From contig OZ241742.1 of NCBI GenBank assembly GCA_965200955.1, positions 3,446,070 to 3,510,069 on the forward strand: 64,000 bases of DNA, in the 5' to 3' direction. Positions within the stretch are counted from its first letter, which is position 1. Each line of letters opens with the position of its first letter. A model generated the notes under the pieces. The model did not search any database. It was not told the DNA's origin and was given only the letters and a program-made list of their open reading frames with translations. Shown here in pieces: positions 20,470 through 32,147 of this stretch. Origin of the DNA: Rhodothermales bacterium. Lineage in GTDB: Bacteria > Bacteroidota > Rhodothermia > Rhodothermales > Bin80. The position numbers and the translations under genes were made by a program.

Positions 20470-20796
20470 CTACTCAGATTCTGAAGACGGAGTAGACTTG
20501 GAATCCATAATCTCTTCCATCTGTGAATTGATCTCCTGAGCCCGCTTGTGTGCATCAGCAACAATGGCTTCCGCGTCAGACTTTGCTCCTTCCTGTTCAG
20601 AGGAAGTTTTTAGATTTTCAGCTAGGTTTCCTACTTGTTTAGCTAACTCCTCAAGATGAAACTTGACTCGACGACGCATCTGACTTCCTTCTTCGGGAGC
20701 AAGAAGGAGTCCCAATGCAAATCCAACTCCACCTCCCATGAGGAGTCCCCATCCTAAGGCACGGGTGATATCTCCTAAGTCGCTGTTCTTGGCCAT
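20470..20796 (-). CDS. YtxH domain-containing protein
   Basis: GLLMGGGVGFALGLLLAPEEGSQMR. Confidence 0.85.
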   Translation of the reverse strand: MAKNSDLGDITRALGWGLLMGGGVGFALGLLLAPEEGSQMRRRVKFHLEELAKQVGNLAENLKTSSEQEGAKSDAEAIVADAHKRAQEINSQMEEIMDSKSTPSSESE

Positions 20797-21033
20797 TTAT
20801 TTTGAATCAATGAATAATGAAGATCAGAACACAACTGCTGATCATGATAGAGTAAAAATACACCAAAACTGAATGCAAAACAATCAGTTTCGTTTCTTAT
20901 GACGATTTTTGCGTAATCTCTTCTTACGCTTGTGAGTTGAAATTTTGTGACGCTTCCGTTTTTTGCCACAGGGCATGAGAAATCAATTATTAAGGTGATA
21001 GAAAAGCTGTTACCAGCACAAAAATGATTTTAC

Positions 21034-21939
21034 GTGATACCACTCATTTTGGTTCCTTCATCAGATTCCGTTCATTTGAGTCAAAAATCTTATATTGTAT
21101 GGATACAAACGGTACATATCATTTACGATCACAATAAACCTGTTCCTGAGAATCTTCATCTAATTGAGTCTAAAGAATTCAAGTATGTTGATTCTGGCGA
21201 GAGTATTCATGCCACTCCAATCATCTTTTTACATGGACTTTTAGGTAATCCAGAGGGTTGGTATGATGCTGCATCATCCATCGTCGACCATGGATATCGT
21301 GCACTTGTCCCACGCATACCGATTGACAGTATGCCCCAAAGAGATGCCAATGTTCAAGGAATTGCCAATTATGTACATTCATTTGCACATTATCTGAATC
21401 TTGATCAAATCGTGTTAGTTGGTAATTCTCTTGGTGGACAAATTGCGGTGAGATACGTATCTGATCATCCCATGTCGGTGGTTGCTCTATTGCTGTCTGG
21501 TTCATCAGGAATCTATGAGACCGAGATTGGTACCTCAACGTTTCGTCGTCGCGATCGAAATTTTATTAGACAGCAGGCCGAAAAATCATTCTATAACCCT
21601 GCCATGGTCAATGATGGTTTGATTGATCGAATTTTCAAAATCACTGCAAACAGATTTCATGCACTCCGTATCGTATGGACTGCTCGCAGTTCCATGAATG
21701 ACCTGATTGTTGACGAACTCCAAGATCTTGATCTACCTACTTATTTGATCTGGGGAACATACGATCAAATTACTCCACCTTATGTTGGTCATGAATTTCA
21801 AAAACTGCTTCCGAACGCTCAGTTACATTTTATTGACGAGTGTGGTCATGCTCCGATGATGGAATATCCGAACGTATTTAACGAATTGATGATCAACTTT
21901 CTCAATTGTGTATTCAAAAATTCTGGTGTCTCAGCATAA
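21034..21939 (+). CDS. Alpha/beta hydrolase
   Basis: FLHGLLG, nucleophile GNSLGG, WGTYDQITP, CGHAPMME. The true start is probably downstream. Confidence 0.88.
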   Translation: MIPLILVPSSDSVHLSQKSYIVWIQTVHIIYDHNKPVPENLHLIESKEFKYVDSGESIHATPIIFLHGLLGNPEGWYDAASSIVDHGYRALVPRIPIDSMPQRDANVQGIANYVHSFAHYLNLDQIVLVGNSLGGQIAVRYVSDHPMSVVALLLSGSSGIYETEIGTSTFRRRDRNFIRQQAEKSFYNPAMVNDGLIDRIFKITANRFHALRIVWTARSSMNDLIVDELQDLDLPTYLIWGTYDQITPPYVGHEFQKLLPNAQLHFIDECGHAPMMEYPNVFNELMINFLNCVFKNSGVSA

Positions 21940-22369
21940 TAGAGCTTCACTCCCCACATTTCTGTTTGGCATTCTGTTACTGGCGTTTACATCCACTGGT
22001 TGTTCTCCGTCATTACGTCCCCTATACAAGGACTATCAACATCACTTTGATGGGCACATTCCTATTGAACTGATTGAGAAGACGTTGATTGAATCTGGGT
22101 GGGAAATTGTGGATTCTCCATCATTGAATACCATTACAACCGCAGAGCGCACAATCAGAAACTGGCTCCTGTACAAAGTCACTGTCTATGTAGAAGTCGT
22201 CCCTATCAGCCCGAAGCATGCTCGCCTTCTGATTCATCCATATCGAGTCTTCATTACCGGTTCACGAAGTAAAATTCCTTTTCTTCAACGAGGTATCCGC
22301 CGTAGTATCATCAGGGATCTTGATCGGGCTTTTGAATCACATACTATGATCACAGTTCGCCCAGAATGA
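21908..22369 (+). CDS. Hypothetical lipoprotein
   Basis: Hydrophobic stretch ending STGC; PLYKDY follows the Cys. Confidence 0.6.
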   Translation: MYSKILVSQHNRASLPTFLFGILLLAFTSTGCSPSLRPLYKDYQHHFDGHIPIELIEKTLIESGWEIVDSPSLNTITTAERTIRNWLLYKVTVYVEVVPISPKHARLLIHPYRVFITGSRSKIPFLQRGIRRSIIRDLDRAFESHTMITVRPE

Positions 22370-22467
22370 CTCAATGTTCATGAATGACACCTTACGTATC
22401 AATGGACTTGAATGTGTATAACCTGTCAAATGTAACTTTACGGTTACTGCACCGTATTAATAAACAT

Positions 22468-22835
22468 GGGGATGATCAGGTCTCGACGAATTGCATCGTG
22501 CAACAAGTTGCGTGTCGAGCCAATCTGACTTGGGCTCGTAAATCACGTCAGAAAACCTGTAACTGCGAACGACTATTCGTACGCGATGGCGGCATAAACC
22601 CGCTATCTGTCTTCTATACATGCCCTGCTCACTGGCACAATAGAAGGCATCGACTTTTGTGAGCGCCCTATATGGGATACCGGCTGAATGCCATATAGGA
22701 TATCAACCAGCCTTTGCCAACACCCGGTTTGGGTCACATGCCAAGGGTTCGGCGAGACATAAGATGTGACCTACACATGTAGACGCTTGTGTGTTCATCC
22801 TTTCGGACCCGGGTTCAATTCCCGGCATCTCCACC
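22468..22835 (+). ncRNA. ssrA: tmRNA; tag peptide ANDYSYAMAA* (22565-22597)
   Basis: 5' GGGGATGAT..TCGAC; 3' T-arm CCGGGTTCAATTCCCGG and acceptor CATCTCCACC; internal tag ORF ending AA-stop. Confidence 0.95.
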
Positions 22836-22837
22836 TC

Positions 22838-22868
22838 AAAACGCTCGCATATGCGGGCGTTTTTTTTT
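22838..22868 (+). terminator. Intrinsic terminator after ssrA
   Basis: AAAACGCTCGCATATGCGGGCGTTTTTTTTT. Confidence 0.85.
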
Positions 22869-22885
22869 GTTTCTGATTTATGACC

Positions 22886-23767
22886 CTATTTTTCAATGGT
22901 TAATTGAAGGAGTGCCTCAAAGAGAGTACGCTGATGCTTTAATGCAGCGACTCTATCGGGTGGTTCCGTTCGTGCTTCCAATAAAATCCAGCCTGCGTAA
23001 TCTGAGGTGACAAATAAGTCAAACAGTTCTCGGTAAGGATATGGATGACTATCCAATTCACGAATATGTGCCGTATCCCCAAAATCTGCACGGACTAAAT
23101 CAAAGTTCTTCGCCAGACCAGGTTCGTTCAGATCAGCTTCATTACAATTCCAGCATACTCGTACATTTTGATGATTCGTAGCATCCATAATGTTTCGGAT
23201 CACCGATAGTTGATCTGTACGATAGCCGTGAACTTCCAAACGAATTTCCTGTCCATACCCCTCACCAAATTGCCCTAATGTGCGAAGTGACCGGGCGATC
23301 TGTGCAATCGTTTGCTCCTCTGGTATATCATCAGGAAGAGCATCCGGCTTCACTTTGATTCCACTTCCTCCTACATCATGCGAAAGGATGATGGATGCTT
23401 TGGCTTGACTGATCGCATGGGCAAGCCGCGCGGCATCCTGATAATGAAATGACCAGTTTGTACCTAAACCAACAAGCACTACATCACTATCTGAAAATTG
23501 TCTCTGAACGGCAACCCGCTCCATTCGGGAAAGGTGAATCTCTACCCCATGTGCATGTTCGGTCCTTAACTCTACCCCACCAACTCCCGTTTCCTGACAA
23601 TGTTGAATGAGCGTGGGAAGATCCCAGTCTCGGCCCCAGAGATAGGTTACTAGACCAAATCTCAGAGATTGGTGATCTTGAGATTGTGATGTGAGCAATC
23701 CACCAAAAGGGCGTTGAAAAAACTGTCGGCGAGACGAGCGCATGGAGTATTTTGCTGAATCTTCCAT
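22886..23767 (-). CDS. Sugar phosphate isomerase/epimerase (xylose isomerase-like TIM barrel)
   Basis: GLVTYLWG, GVELRTEHAHGVE, RLEVHG, GWILLE; twin-Arg-like SRRQFF N-terminus. Confidence 0.8.
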   Translation of the reverse strand: MEDSAKYSMRSSRRQFFQRPFGGLLTSQSQDHQSLRFGLVTYLWGRDWDLPTLIQHCQETGVGGVELRTEHAHGVEIHLSRMERVAVQRQFSDSDVVLVGLGTNWSFHYQDAARLAHAISQAKASIILSHDVGGSGIKVKPDALPDDIPEEQTIAQIARSLRTLGQFGEGYGQEIRLEVHGYRTDQLSVIRNIMDATNHQNVRVCWNCNEADLNEPGLAKNFDLVRADFGDTAHIRELDSHPYPYRELFDLFVTSDYAGWILLEARTEPPDRVAALKHQRTLFEALLQLTIEK

Positions 23768-23827
23768 TGTCTAAAAATCAGGTAATGGTTTGAAAAAATG
23801 AAGTTGAATCACTTGACCTTGATGCAA

Positions 23828-24631
23828 TCAATGGAATGCACTATTGACCTTGAAGGGGCCTGCCGTGCGATAGAGCCTCTCAATCACTTCAATGATATCA
23901 TCAGGAAGAAATTCTTTTGTTTTCTCAATCAGATCATTTGGAATGCCATGCAACGCTTCCGCAATAGATCCTGCAATAGCAGCGAGTGTATCCGAATCTC
24001 CTCCAAGTGAAACTGCATTCCGAATGGCATCTTCATAACTGTCCGATTCAAGTGCACATGTGATCGCTTCAGGAACAGTTTTCTGACAGGTTTCATCAAA
24101 CACATAAGTAGGTCTGATACCATCTACAGATCTGGAGAGATCGTATTGATATTCGCACGCTATGGTCTTACGAATCAACTCAGGCTCTTCCCCCTGAAAT
24201 GCAAGCCAAATAGCATGTGTCGTAGCTCGCGCACCCTTGATTCCCTCTGGATGGTTATGAGAAATTTCGGTAATCCAATCGGAAATTTCAAGTACTCTTT
24301 GAATGGGGCGGCTACAATTCAAGAAAGCCACTGGAGAAATCCGCATGGCTGATCCATTGCCAAAGCTCCCATATGGCCCCATGTAGTCATTGTGAATCCA
24401 CTGTTCAAAGTATCCACCATATCCACCGTCAGGATGATGTCTACACCACTGTCGCATCACATTGGCTACTGATGGCAAATTACCGAGGAGTACATCTGCT
24501 ACGGCTGCGGTACACACCGAATCATCAGTATAGTGGCAGTGATCCTGAAAAAGATCAAAATCTTTGGTTTTAATGCGGTTCCATTCGTAGATAGAACCCA
24601 CAACATCCCCAATGATAGCTCCATATGACAT
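23828..24631 (-). CDS. ADP-ribosylglycohydrolase family protein
   Basis: GAIIGDVVGS, YTDDS, SFGNGSAMR, LGGDSDTLAAIAG. Confidence 0.9.
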   Translation of the reverse strand: MSYGAIIGDVVGSIYEWNRIKTKDFDLFQDHCHYTDDSVCTAAVADVLLGNLPSVANVMRQWCRHHPDGGYGGYFEQWIHNDYMGPYGSFGNGSAMRISPVAFLNCSRPIQRVLEISDWITEISHNHPEGIKGARATTHAIWLAFQGEEPELIRKTIACEYQYDLSRSVDGIRPTYVFDETCQKTVPEAITCALESDSYEDAIRNAVSLGGDSDTLAAIAGSIAEALHGIPNDLIEKTKEFLPDDIIEVIERLYRTAGPFKVNSAFH

Positions 24632-25319
24632 GTAACTACCTCCTGTAAGTGTTCATTGGTATAAGGAAAACGCCTGAGTGAATGAGCCTTGACCACCAAA
24701 CATGTATTTTTTGATCTGGCGTATGAAGATCGGATGTCAACGCCGATTCAATACTGGGCATGATGTTTGTACTTTTTAGGGCGTTTTATGTTTGATGCTA
24801 CGCTGAATTACCCTCATTGGATATTTATCACTTCCATTGGAGTGGATTTCTCTGGCGACAGTTGTTGTACTCAATTGAAGGGTGAGAAATGTTCTTGGTC
24901 ATATTGGCAAAGGACTACAGTAGCAGTTTCACTGGGTTCTATGACAATACGGAGAAGGCTTCTAAGATGATACTGCGGTTTTGGAGGGCTGATCAATGAA
25001 GGCGTGGGGCCAACTTTGAGTGTACCGGTTCCCTGTTCTTGCAATTGCTGAACACATCAACGACTACTGTTCATTTGATCAATGGATGAGTATCAGGTAC
25101 TGTCTTACGTGACAATGTTTAGAATTGATACATCAAAACAATAGATACAAGAACATTCTAAGCAAAAGGAAAACCAACTGTGATCCGAAGACCAGCTGAT
25201 CATGGTGGAAAAATGTTCAACCATTCTCAAGCACATGAGAAGAATTGAAATTTCTGCACATCCTACAAAACCAAGAAATCAATCTTCTCGGTTTCAATAA
25301 AATTCATATCAAGCAACAA

Positions 25320-26423
25320 TTAACTTGTTGGTTGATCCTTCTCGTTGTCAGGTAGATTGGACTCAGAGGTATCGCCAGAATCCTCCTCTGCAGGGGGTGT
25401 CGTTTCATCAGCTGTAATCTCGTCTGCATCGGACTTCTCAGCAGGCTGCGACTCATCAACATCTTTAGAAGATGATGGTTCTTCTGCTACAGTCTCTACT
25501 GATTCTTCGGTCACATTTCCGTCCAAAGATGGATCACTTGACACACCTTCTTCAATGGTATCTGTAACCTCAGGCACTTCCTCACTTGGATTTTCATCAT
25601 CGGGTTCACTCTCCTCCTTTACATCATCAACAACGTCATCAGTAACCACTTCAACTTCTTCCTCATCATTCGGGGCTTCATCATCGGATTCAATCTCCTT
25701 TACATCATCAGCAACGTCATCAGTAGCCTCCACAACCTCTTCACCAGTGGGTTCACCCTCCTTTACTTCATTTGGCTCATCAATAGCAGTGGATGCATCT
25801 ACAACATCTTTTTCATCATCAGGCACTTCAGATGGAGAATGATCTATGGGATCTTCAGATGATGGATTACTGAGTTCAGAATCTTGATCAAGATTCTCCT
25901 CTTGATCCGCAGAAATACTCTCAAGTAGATCCTCATCCAGTTCAAGGTCAAGAGTTGAATCTATCTGTGATGTAGATGTGGCTGCTGGCACCGGTGCAGA
26001 ACCACGACGGCGACGACTACGACGGGTGCGGCGACGGCCAGTAGATCCCTCTTCACGAACAGATTCATTGTAATCTACAAGTTCAATCACGGCCATCTCG
26101 GCCGCATCACCGTAGCGTTTTCCCATGCGTACAACACGAGTATACCCACCCGGACGATCGCCAACCTTCTGAGAAATCTCATTAAACAACTCGGTAACTG
26201 CCGCCTTGTCCTGGAGATGACGAAACACCTCTCGCCGATTGTGACTGGTGTCCGTACGTGCCCGAGTAATCAATGGCTCAACAAAGATTCGGAGGGCCTT
26301 CGCCTTCGTGATGGTCGTTTTGATTTTCTTGTGCTGAATCAAAGCAACCGAAAGCGAGGCTAATGTAGCCTTGCGATGTGCGGCAGTACGGCCTAACTTG
26401 TATCTCTTCTTGGCGTGTCTCAT
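25320..26423 (-). CDS. rplQ: 50S ribosomal protein L17 with a very long acidic C-terminal extension
   Basis: [17 protein letters not shown]...RPGGYTR...[12 protein letters not shown]; the frame stays open about 250 aa further. Confidence 0.95.
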   Translation of the reverse strand: MRHAKKRYKLGRTAAHRKATLASLSVALIQHKKIKTTITKAKALRIFVEPLITRARTDTSHNRREVFRHLQDKAAVTELFNEISQKVGDRPGGYTRVVRMGKRYGDAAEMAVIELVDYNESVREEGSTGRRRTRRSRRRRGSAPVPAATSTSQIDSTLDLELDEDLLESISADQEENLDQDSELSNPSSEDPIDHSPSEVPDDEKDVVDASTAIDEPNEVKEGEPTGEEVVEATDDVADDVKEIESDDEAPNDEEEVEVVTDDVVDDVKEESEPDDENPSEEVPEVTDTIEEGVSSDPSLDGNVTEESVETVAEEPSSSKDVDESQPAEKSDADEITADETTPPAEEDSGDTSESNLPDNEKDQPTS

Positions 26424-26436
26424 TCCAGTGAATCCA

Positions 26437-27423
26437 TTAAGACTCAGAGATTGCCCCTTCAATCTCCGAAATATCCATATCAAAACTTAAGCCTGATGCC
26501 TCCAGAACCACACGAAGCTCATCCAACGATTTACTTCCAAAATTGCGGAACTTAAGCATGGTCTGCTCATCACGGATAACCAAGTCCCGAATCGTTTTAA
26601 TATTCGCTGCCTTGAGACAGTTCTTGGCTCGGACAGATAGATCAAGTGTATCAACGGATTGATTGATTCTCTCCAGAAGATGATGCTGGTCAGAATCCTG
26701 TTCAACCGTCTGATCTGTAGAGGACTGCACCATCTCCATTTCCATAAACGGATCAATATGATCATTCAGGATACGAGCCGCTTCCTTCAAGGCATTTTGC
26801 GGAATGATGGATCCGTCTGTGGCAACCTCCAGTTCAAGTCGCTCATAGTCAACCCTCTGCCCCACTCTGGTCGGCTTGACGGTAACCCGAACGCTCTTGA
26901 TGGGAGTAAAGACCGAATCTAGTGCGATCACTCCAATCTGATCAGTTTCCAGTTTATTTTCACTGGCAGGAACATAGCGGCGGCCCGTCTGAACGCGTAG
27001 ATCAACCCCAAACTCTACTCCCTCAGAGAGCGTAGCAATGTGGTGATCTGGATTGAGCACCTCATAGTCGTTGGTCGCACCCTGAATATCCTTGGCAGTC
27101 CATGTACCAGGCCCCTTGACCTTAAGACTCACACCACCGCTAGAAAAGTCCATAGGCTTGAACCGAACACCCTTGAGATTCAGGATGATATCAGAGACAT
27201 CTTCAGCAACGCCTTCAATCGTGGAGAATTCATGCTGGACTCCATCAATCTTGACCGAGGTAATCACCGTCCCTTCAAGAGAGGAAAGTAAAACCCGCCG
27301 AAGAGAGTTTCCAATGGTCTGTCCAAATCCACGCTCCAGTGGTTGAATCACAAACCGTGTAAATGTGGGGGTTACCTCTTCAGCCAAAACCCCCGTTGGC
27401 ATTTGAATTCCGTGTTTGCTCAT
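26437..27423 (-). CDS. rpoA: RNA polymerase alpha subunit
   Basis: [21 protein letters not shown]; LSVRAKNCL; FRNFGSKSL. Confidence 0.97.
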   Translation of the reverse strand: MSKHGIQMPTGVLAEEVTPTFTRFVIQPLERGFGQTIGNSLRRVLLSSLEGTVITSVKIDGVQHEFSTIEGVAEDVSDIILNLKGVRFKPMDFSSGGVSLKVKGPGTWTAKDIQGATNDYEVLNPDHHIATLSEGVEFGVDLRVQTGRRYVPASENKLETDQIGVIALDSVFTPIKSVRVTVKPTRVGQRVDYERLELEVATDGSIIPQNALKEAARILNDHIDPFMEMEMVQSSTDQTVEQDSDQHHLLERINQSVDTLDLSVRAKNCLKAANIKTIRDLVIRDEQTMLKFRNFGSKSLDELRVVLEASGLSFDMDISEIEGAISES

Positions 27424-27455
27424 ATCAGCAATTGAGTTCAAAATTGTACAGTTGA

Positions 27456-28058
27456 CTACTTGGAATAGAGTTCTACAATCAACTGCTCTCGAATATTTTC
27501 AGGGATATCAGAACGCTCAGGAAAATCTAGAAACTTTCCGCTCAACGATCGCCGATCCACTTCAAGCCATGAAAAAACGCGCCGATTGTTTTTCACATTC
27601 TCGATAAAGACTGGATTGTTCCTGCTACGAGGACGTACAGCAATCATATCACCAGGACGTAACTGATAGGATGGAATGTCAACAACATGACCATTGACCA
27701 GAATATGTCCGTGATTGACCATCTGACGCGCCTGCCGTCGAGTAGCTCCCAACCCGAGTCGGAAAACAGTATTATCTAGGCGTGATTCAAGAAATCGTAA
27801 CAGGTTCTCACCCGTAACACCCTTCTTGCGTGCTGCTTTTTCAAATAGATTTCTGAACTGCCGCTCCAGAACCCCATAAATGTATTTGGCTTTTTGCTTT
27901 TCCTTTAACTGAACCGCATACTCACTCTCACGCCGACGGCGCTTCTGACCATGCTGCCCAGGCGGATTGGGCTTGCGCTCCAAGGATTTGCTTGGGCCAA
28001 AAAGCGGCTCATTAAACCGCCGGGCTATCTTCTGTTTAGGTCCTCTGTAACGGGCCAT
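27456..28058 (-). CDS. rpsD: 30S ribosomal protein S4
   Basis: MARYRGPK, PPGQHG, LESRLDN. Confidence 0.97.
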   Translation of the reverse strand: MARYRGPKQKIARRFNEPLFGPSKSLERKPNPPGQHGQKRRRRESEYAVQLKEKQKAKYIYGVLERQFRNLFEKAARKKGVTGENLLRFLESRLDNTVFRLGLGATRRQARQMVNHGHILVNGHVVDIPSYQLRPGDMIAVRPRSRNNPVFIENVKNNRRVFSWLEVDRRSLSGKFLDFPERSDIPENIREQLIVELYSK

Positions 28059-28082
28059 GATCGTTATCGTCAAGTTCAAGTA

Positions 28083-28487
28083 TCAAACACGCCGTCTCTT
28101 GGGTGGACGACAGCCATTATGCGGGATCGGAGTCACATCTCGGATGGTTGTGATATCTAATCCAGAAGTATTCAAGGCACGAATGGCAGATTCTCGCCCT
28201 GAGCCAGGCCCCTTGACAAATACATCTACGCGTTTCAACCCCATGTTTACAGCCTCCGTGGCAGCCGTCGTAGATGCGACCTGAGCTGCATACGGGGTGC
28301 TCTTGCGACTTCCCTTGAATCCCTCCTTGCCAGAAGAAGACCAAGAAATACAATTACCGTATTGATCTGTAATGGTCACAATAACATTATTGAAGGTCGC
28401 TCGAATGAACGCCATTCCATTGGACTCTACCACGACCTTTTTCTTGCCTGAGCGTCCAGTACCCTTACGAGCCTGTTTTTTAGCCAT
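28083..28487 (-). CDS. rpsK: 30S ribosomal protein S11
   Basis: [12 protein letters not shown]; [13 protein letters not shown]. Confidence 0.97.
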   Translation of the reverse strand: MAKKQARKGTGRSGKKKVVVESNGMAFIRATFNNVIVTITDQYGNCISWSSSGKEGFKGSRKSTPYAAQVASTTAATEAVNMGLKRVDVFVKGPGSGRESAIRALNTSGLDITTIRDVTPIPHNGCRPPKRRRV

Positions 28488-28502
28488 TGATCAGTCTAAA
28501 AA

Positions 28503-28883
28503 TTATTTGCGAGGTGCTTTCTTTTTGCCAGCCACCGTCCTCTTACGACCTTTACGGGTTCTGGCATTGGTTTGTGTTCTCTGTCCCCGTACGGGCAACC
28601 CCCTGCGATGACGCAACCCGCGATAACAGCCAATATCCATCAACCGTTTCACGTTCATCTGCACCTCCGATCGCAGTTGACCCTCAACTACATAATGATC
28701 TTCAATCAAACGGCGAACTTTTTTGGTCTGCTCTTCCGTCCATGTGTCTGGACGTGCGTTAGGATCTATCCCAACTCGTTTGAGAATTTCCTGTGCACGA
28801 GAACGACCCACACCATAAATGGAGGAGAGAGCAATCTCTCCGCGCTTGTTTGACGGTACGTCAACTCCAGCTATTCGAGGCAT
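28503..28883 (-). CDS. rpsM: 30S ribosomal protein S13
   Basis: MPRIAGVD; [18 protein letters not shown]. Confidence 0.97.
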   Translation of the reverse strand: MPRIAGVDVPSNKRGEIALSSIYGVGRSRAQEILKRVGIDPNARPDTWTEEQTKKVRRLIEDHYVVEGQLRSEVQMNVKRLMDIGCYRGLRHRRGLPVRGQRTQTNARTRKGRKRTVAGKKKAPRK

Positions 28884-28889
28884 ACAATC

Positions 28890-29006
28890 CTAACCCTGCC
28901 GTTGCTTGTGCTTGGGGTTCTTTTTGTTGATGATATAGAGCCGACCCTTACGCCGAACAATCTTATCATCCGAACTCCGTTTCTTAATGCTTGCACGCAC
29001 TTTCAT
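28890..29006 (-). CDS. rpmJ: 50S ribosomal protein L36 (Cys-free form)
   Basis: [38 protein letters not shown]. Confidence 0.95.
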   Translation of the reverse strand: MKVRASIKKRSSDDKIVRRKGRLYIINKKNPKHKQRQG

Positions 29007-29084
29007 GTGTCTAAAAATAAAAATTTCCCAAGAATCTGTGAAATATAGCCCATTGATACGTTCACGATGTGAAAAGGTTCCCAC

Positions 29085-29303
29085 CTACTTATATCGATAG
29101 ACAATACGCCCTTTTGAGAGATCAAAAGGCGAAATCTCAACCTTGACACGATCGCCAGGAAGAATCTTAATGTGATACATCCTCATCTTACCAGCGAGAA
29201 GCCCCAAGATGGAATGTCCATTCTCTAAACGGACTCTAAATTGTGCGTTCGGTAAAGCATCCGTCACTTCACCATCCAACTCAATTGGTTTCTGTTTAGC
29301 CAT
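29085..29303 (-). CDS. infA: Translation initiation factor IF-1
   Basis: [15 protein letters not shown]; GKMRM..IKILPGD. Confidence 0.97.
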   Translation of the reverse strand: MAKQKPIELDGEVTDALPNAQFRVRLENGHSILGLLAGKMRMYHIKILPGDRVKVEISPFDLSKGRIVYRYK

Positions 29304-30129
29304 AGGCAAATGTATTCATCTGTTGTTGATAGGGGGGAGTAATGATTTGTTCAATGTAATCAAAGGTCGTAAGGATGTCAGACTCCGCAGACCCGATACA
29401 GATCATGTGCTCATAATGTGCAGATGAAGATCCATCAGCGGATCGAACCGTCCAGCCATCTTCGGTATCAATCATCACGTCGGCAGTGCCCAAATTGATC
29501 ATGGGCTCAATACACATCGTCATACCAGTTCGGAGCCTGCGCCCTTTACGAGCTTTGCCAAAATTGGGGACTTGCGGTGACTCATGTAACTGAGTTCCAA
29601 TTCCGTGTCCTACTAATTCACGCACAACGCCCATGCCCTGAGCCTCACAATAGTGCTGAACGGCATGGCCAATGTCACCAACGGTACCATGGGATGTTGC
29701 TGCATTAATTCCGATATGTAAGGCCTCGTAAGTTGTTCTGCAGAGCCGAATGTTTTCCTCAGTCAACTCACCAACTCCAAAGGTATAAGCACTATCTCCA
29801 TAATATCCATTCACGAATACGCCACAGTCAATGGATACTAGATCGCCCTCACGAAGAGGATCATCCGTAGGAAATCCATGAACGACTGCATCATTGACGG
29901 AGGTGCACAGCGTGTAGGGAAATGCAGGATGATTCTTGTCCATCCGGTAACCTTTGAATGCTGGCTCAGCATCATAACTGCGAATAAAATCCTCAGCAAT
30001 GCGATCAAGCTCCTTCGTTGTCTGCCCAGCAACAATGTGCCGAGCTACTTCTGCCAGTGTCAGTGACACCAATTCCGCACTCTCACGGAGCAGAGCAATC
30101 TCATGTGGCGTTTTTAACATTCCCATCAA
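29296..30129 (-). CDS. map: Methionine aminopeptidase type I
   Basis: [34 protein letters not shown]. Confidence 0.95.
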   Translation of the reverse strand: MMGMLKTPHEIALLRESAELVSLTLAEVARHIVAGQTTKELDRIAEDFIRSYDAEPAFKGYRMDKNHPAFPYTLCTSVNDAVVHGFPTDDPLREGDLVSIDCGVFVNGYYGDSAYTFGVGELTEENIRLCRTTYEALHIGINAATSHGTVGDIGHAVQHYCEAQGMGVVRELVGHGIGTQLHESPQVPNFGKARKGRRLRTGMTMCIEPMINLGTADVMIDTEDGWTVRSADGSSSAHYEHMICIGSAESDILTTFDYIEQIITPPYQQQMNTFAYG

Positions 30130-31445
30130 CGAGTTCTACCTCGCATCCGACCACTCTTCATAAACCCATCATAATGACGCATCAACAGATGACTCTCAAC
30201 CTGTTTGAGCGTGTCCAGCGTCACCCCTACCATAATCAAGAGGCTGGTTCCCCCAAAGAACTGAGCAAACTGCTGTGTTTCAGTTAAACCCAACTGTACC
30301 GCAAAGGCAGGTAAAATGGCAGCAAATCCAATGAAGAGCGACCCTGGAAGGGTGACCCGAGTCAGAATTGAGTCAATAAATTCACTGGTCTGCTTTCCAG
30401 GCCGAATGCCGGGAATAAATCCACCCTGACGTTTCATGGTGTCTGCCATCTCCTTTGGATTCACGGCAATTGCTGTATAGAAGTAGGTGAAAAATACACA
30501 GACAAAAAAGAAGATGATAGAATACCCCCAACTGGTAAAATCAAGAAACAGTGCTCCGAAACTCTGCATGAACTGATTGTTCGGGGCAAACTGTGCAACC
30601 GTTCCCGGAACGAACATAATGGACTGTGCAAAGATGATGGGCATTACACCCGCGGCATTCACCCGAATAGGCAAGTACTGCGTAGACCCACCATACACCT
30701 TCCGACCAACCACTCGCTTGGCATACTGCACTGGAATCCTGCGCGTACCCTGGGTCATCAAGACGACAAATGCAGTGACAAGCACTAGAATTCCTATTTC
30801 GAAAATCACCAGAAACCAGTTGGCTGACTGGCGAATTTCATTGATCAACGCCTGAGGCAGAAATGCAATAATCCCTACCGTAATGATCAGCGAGATCCCA
30901 TTGCCAATTCCACTCTCGGTAATGCGCTCTCCGAGCCACATCACAAACATCGTTCCAGCCGTCAAAACGATGACCGTAGAAATGGTAAAAAATCCCTGCG
31001 AAATCACGATAGCAGACGGGACTGTCCCCCATAAAAACAGGCTGTATCCAATGGACTGCAGCATTGTAATGCCAGCAGTTCCATAACGGGTTAACTGGGT
31101 AATTTTCCGTCGTCCTTCTTCACCTTCACGCTGGAGCTTCTGGAAATAGGGAACAGCAGCTCCCAGAAGCTGAATGATAATGGATGCGGTGATATACGGC
31201 ATAATGCCAAGGGCAAATACGCCAGCCTGCAGGAAGGCTCCTCCAACAAAAAGATTAAAGAAGCCAAAAAGATTATTCGGATCTCCTTGTGCAAAAGCGT
31301 TGGTCAGAGCCGCAGCATCAATGCCGGGCAAAGATACATAGGCACCTACACGATAGACAATGAGAATACCAAGCGTGTAAATAATACGCTTTCGCAGCTC
31401 CTCAATTTTCCAGATACTGCGTAAACTGTCGGCAAATCCCGCCAT
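30126..31445 (-). CDS. secY: Preprotein translocase SecY
   Basis: FALGIMPYITASII; GFIPGIRPG; GGTSLLI. Confidence 0.97.
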   Translation of the reverse strand: MAGFADSLRSIWKIEELRKRIIYTLGILIVYRVGAYVSLPGIDAAALTNAFAQGDPNNLFGFFNLFVGGAFLQAGVFALGIMPYITASIIIQLLGAAVPYFQKLQREGEEGRRKITQLTRYGTAGITMLQSIGYSLFLWGTVPSAIVISQGFFTISTVIVLTAGTMFVMWLGERITESGIGNGISLIITVGIIAFLPQALINEIRQSANWFLVIFEIGILVLVTAFVVLMTQGTRRIPVQYAKRVVGRKVYGGSTQYLPIRVNAAGVMPIIFAQSIMFVPGTVAQFAPNNQFMQSFGALFLDFTSWGYSIIFFFVCVFFTYFYTAIAVNPKEMADTMKRQGGFIPGIRPGKQTSEFIDSILTRVTLPGSLFIGFAAILPAFAVQLGLTETQQFAQFFGGTSLLIMVGVTLDTLKQVESHLLMRHYDGFMKSGRMRGRTR

Positions 31446-31461
31446 TCAAAGGTGATTGATA

Positions 31462-31935
31462 CTATGAGTGAGCTGGTACTTTCTGGATGGATCCACCAGC
31501 TGCATTAATTTTCTCTTGTGCAGACCGGCTGAAAGCATGAACTTGAAGATTCAGGGCAATACCCAGATCGCCGTCTCCAAGAATTTTGACACGTGCATTC
31601 TTTCGAATCAATCCAGATTCAACAAGGGAGTCAACCGTAATGGGATCACTTGCGTTGATCCTGCCAGATTCTACCATTGCATGAAGCTGCCCCACATTGA
31701 AGACGCTATACGCAATGCGATTCGGATTCTTGAATCCAAACTTGGGGACACGACGCTGAAGTGGCATCTGCCCCCCTTCAAACCATGCGGGCATTCTATG
31801 ATTTCCCGTTCGGCTTTTTTGCCCCTTATTACCGCGAGTAGAGCTGTGACCTCCTTTTCCCGATCCGACTCCACGTCCAAGACGCTTGTTCGGACGCGTT
31901 GATCCTTTGGCAGGTTTTAGTGTGGATAAATTCAT
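31462..31935 (-). CDS. rplO: 50S ribosomal protein L15
   Basis: GRGVGSGKG; [17 protein letters not shown]. Confidence 0.97.
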   Translation of the reverse strand: MNLSTLKPAKGSTRPNKRLGRGVGSGKGGHSSTRGNKGQKSRTGNHRMPAWFEGGQMPLQRRVPKFGFKNPNRIAYSVFNVGQLHAMVESGRINASDPITVDSLVESGLIRKNARVKILGDGDLGIALNLQVHAFSRSAQEKINAAGGSIQKVPAHS

Positions 31936-32144
31936 TCGCTTGATTCTTTGGTCTGCTCAGTAGATGGGATCTCCTGCACTTCAACCAGATGGGAAACAAC
32001 ACGAATCATCCCCCGAATAACGGGAGTGTCACTACGTACAACACTGTGATGAATTTTCCGAAGGCCTAAGGCCTGAATCGTCTTGCGCTGGCGAGACGAT
32101 GAACCAATCAGACTTCGTGATTGAGTGATCTTAAGAGATGTCAT
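31932..32144 (-). CDS. rpmD: 50S ribosomal protein L30
   Basis: [10 protein letters not shown]; ALGLRK; operon position. Confidence 0.93.
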   Translation of the reverse strand: MTSLKITQSRSLIGSSSRQRKTIQALGLRKIHHSVVRSDTPVIRGMIRVVSHLVEVQEIPSTEQTKESSE

Positions 32145-32147
32145 GTC

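Noticed and set aside
22835-25300. Island integrated at the tmRNA 3' end
   Set aside because: No integrase and no duplicated ssrA 3' end were seen. The 24.7-25.3 kb gap may be decayed DNA, but I could not assign it.
25345-25842. Ser/Thr-rich 165-aa plus-strand ORF
   Set aside because: It is the antisense shadow of the acidic L17 tail.
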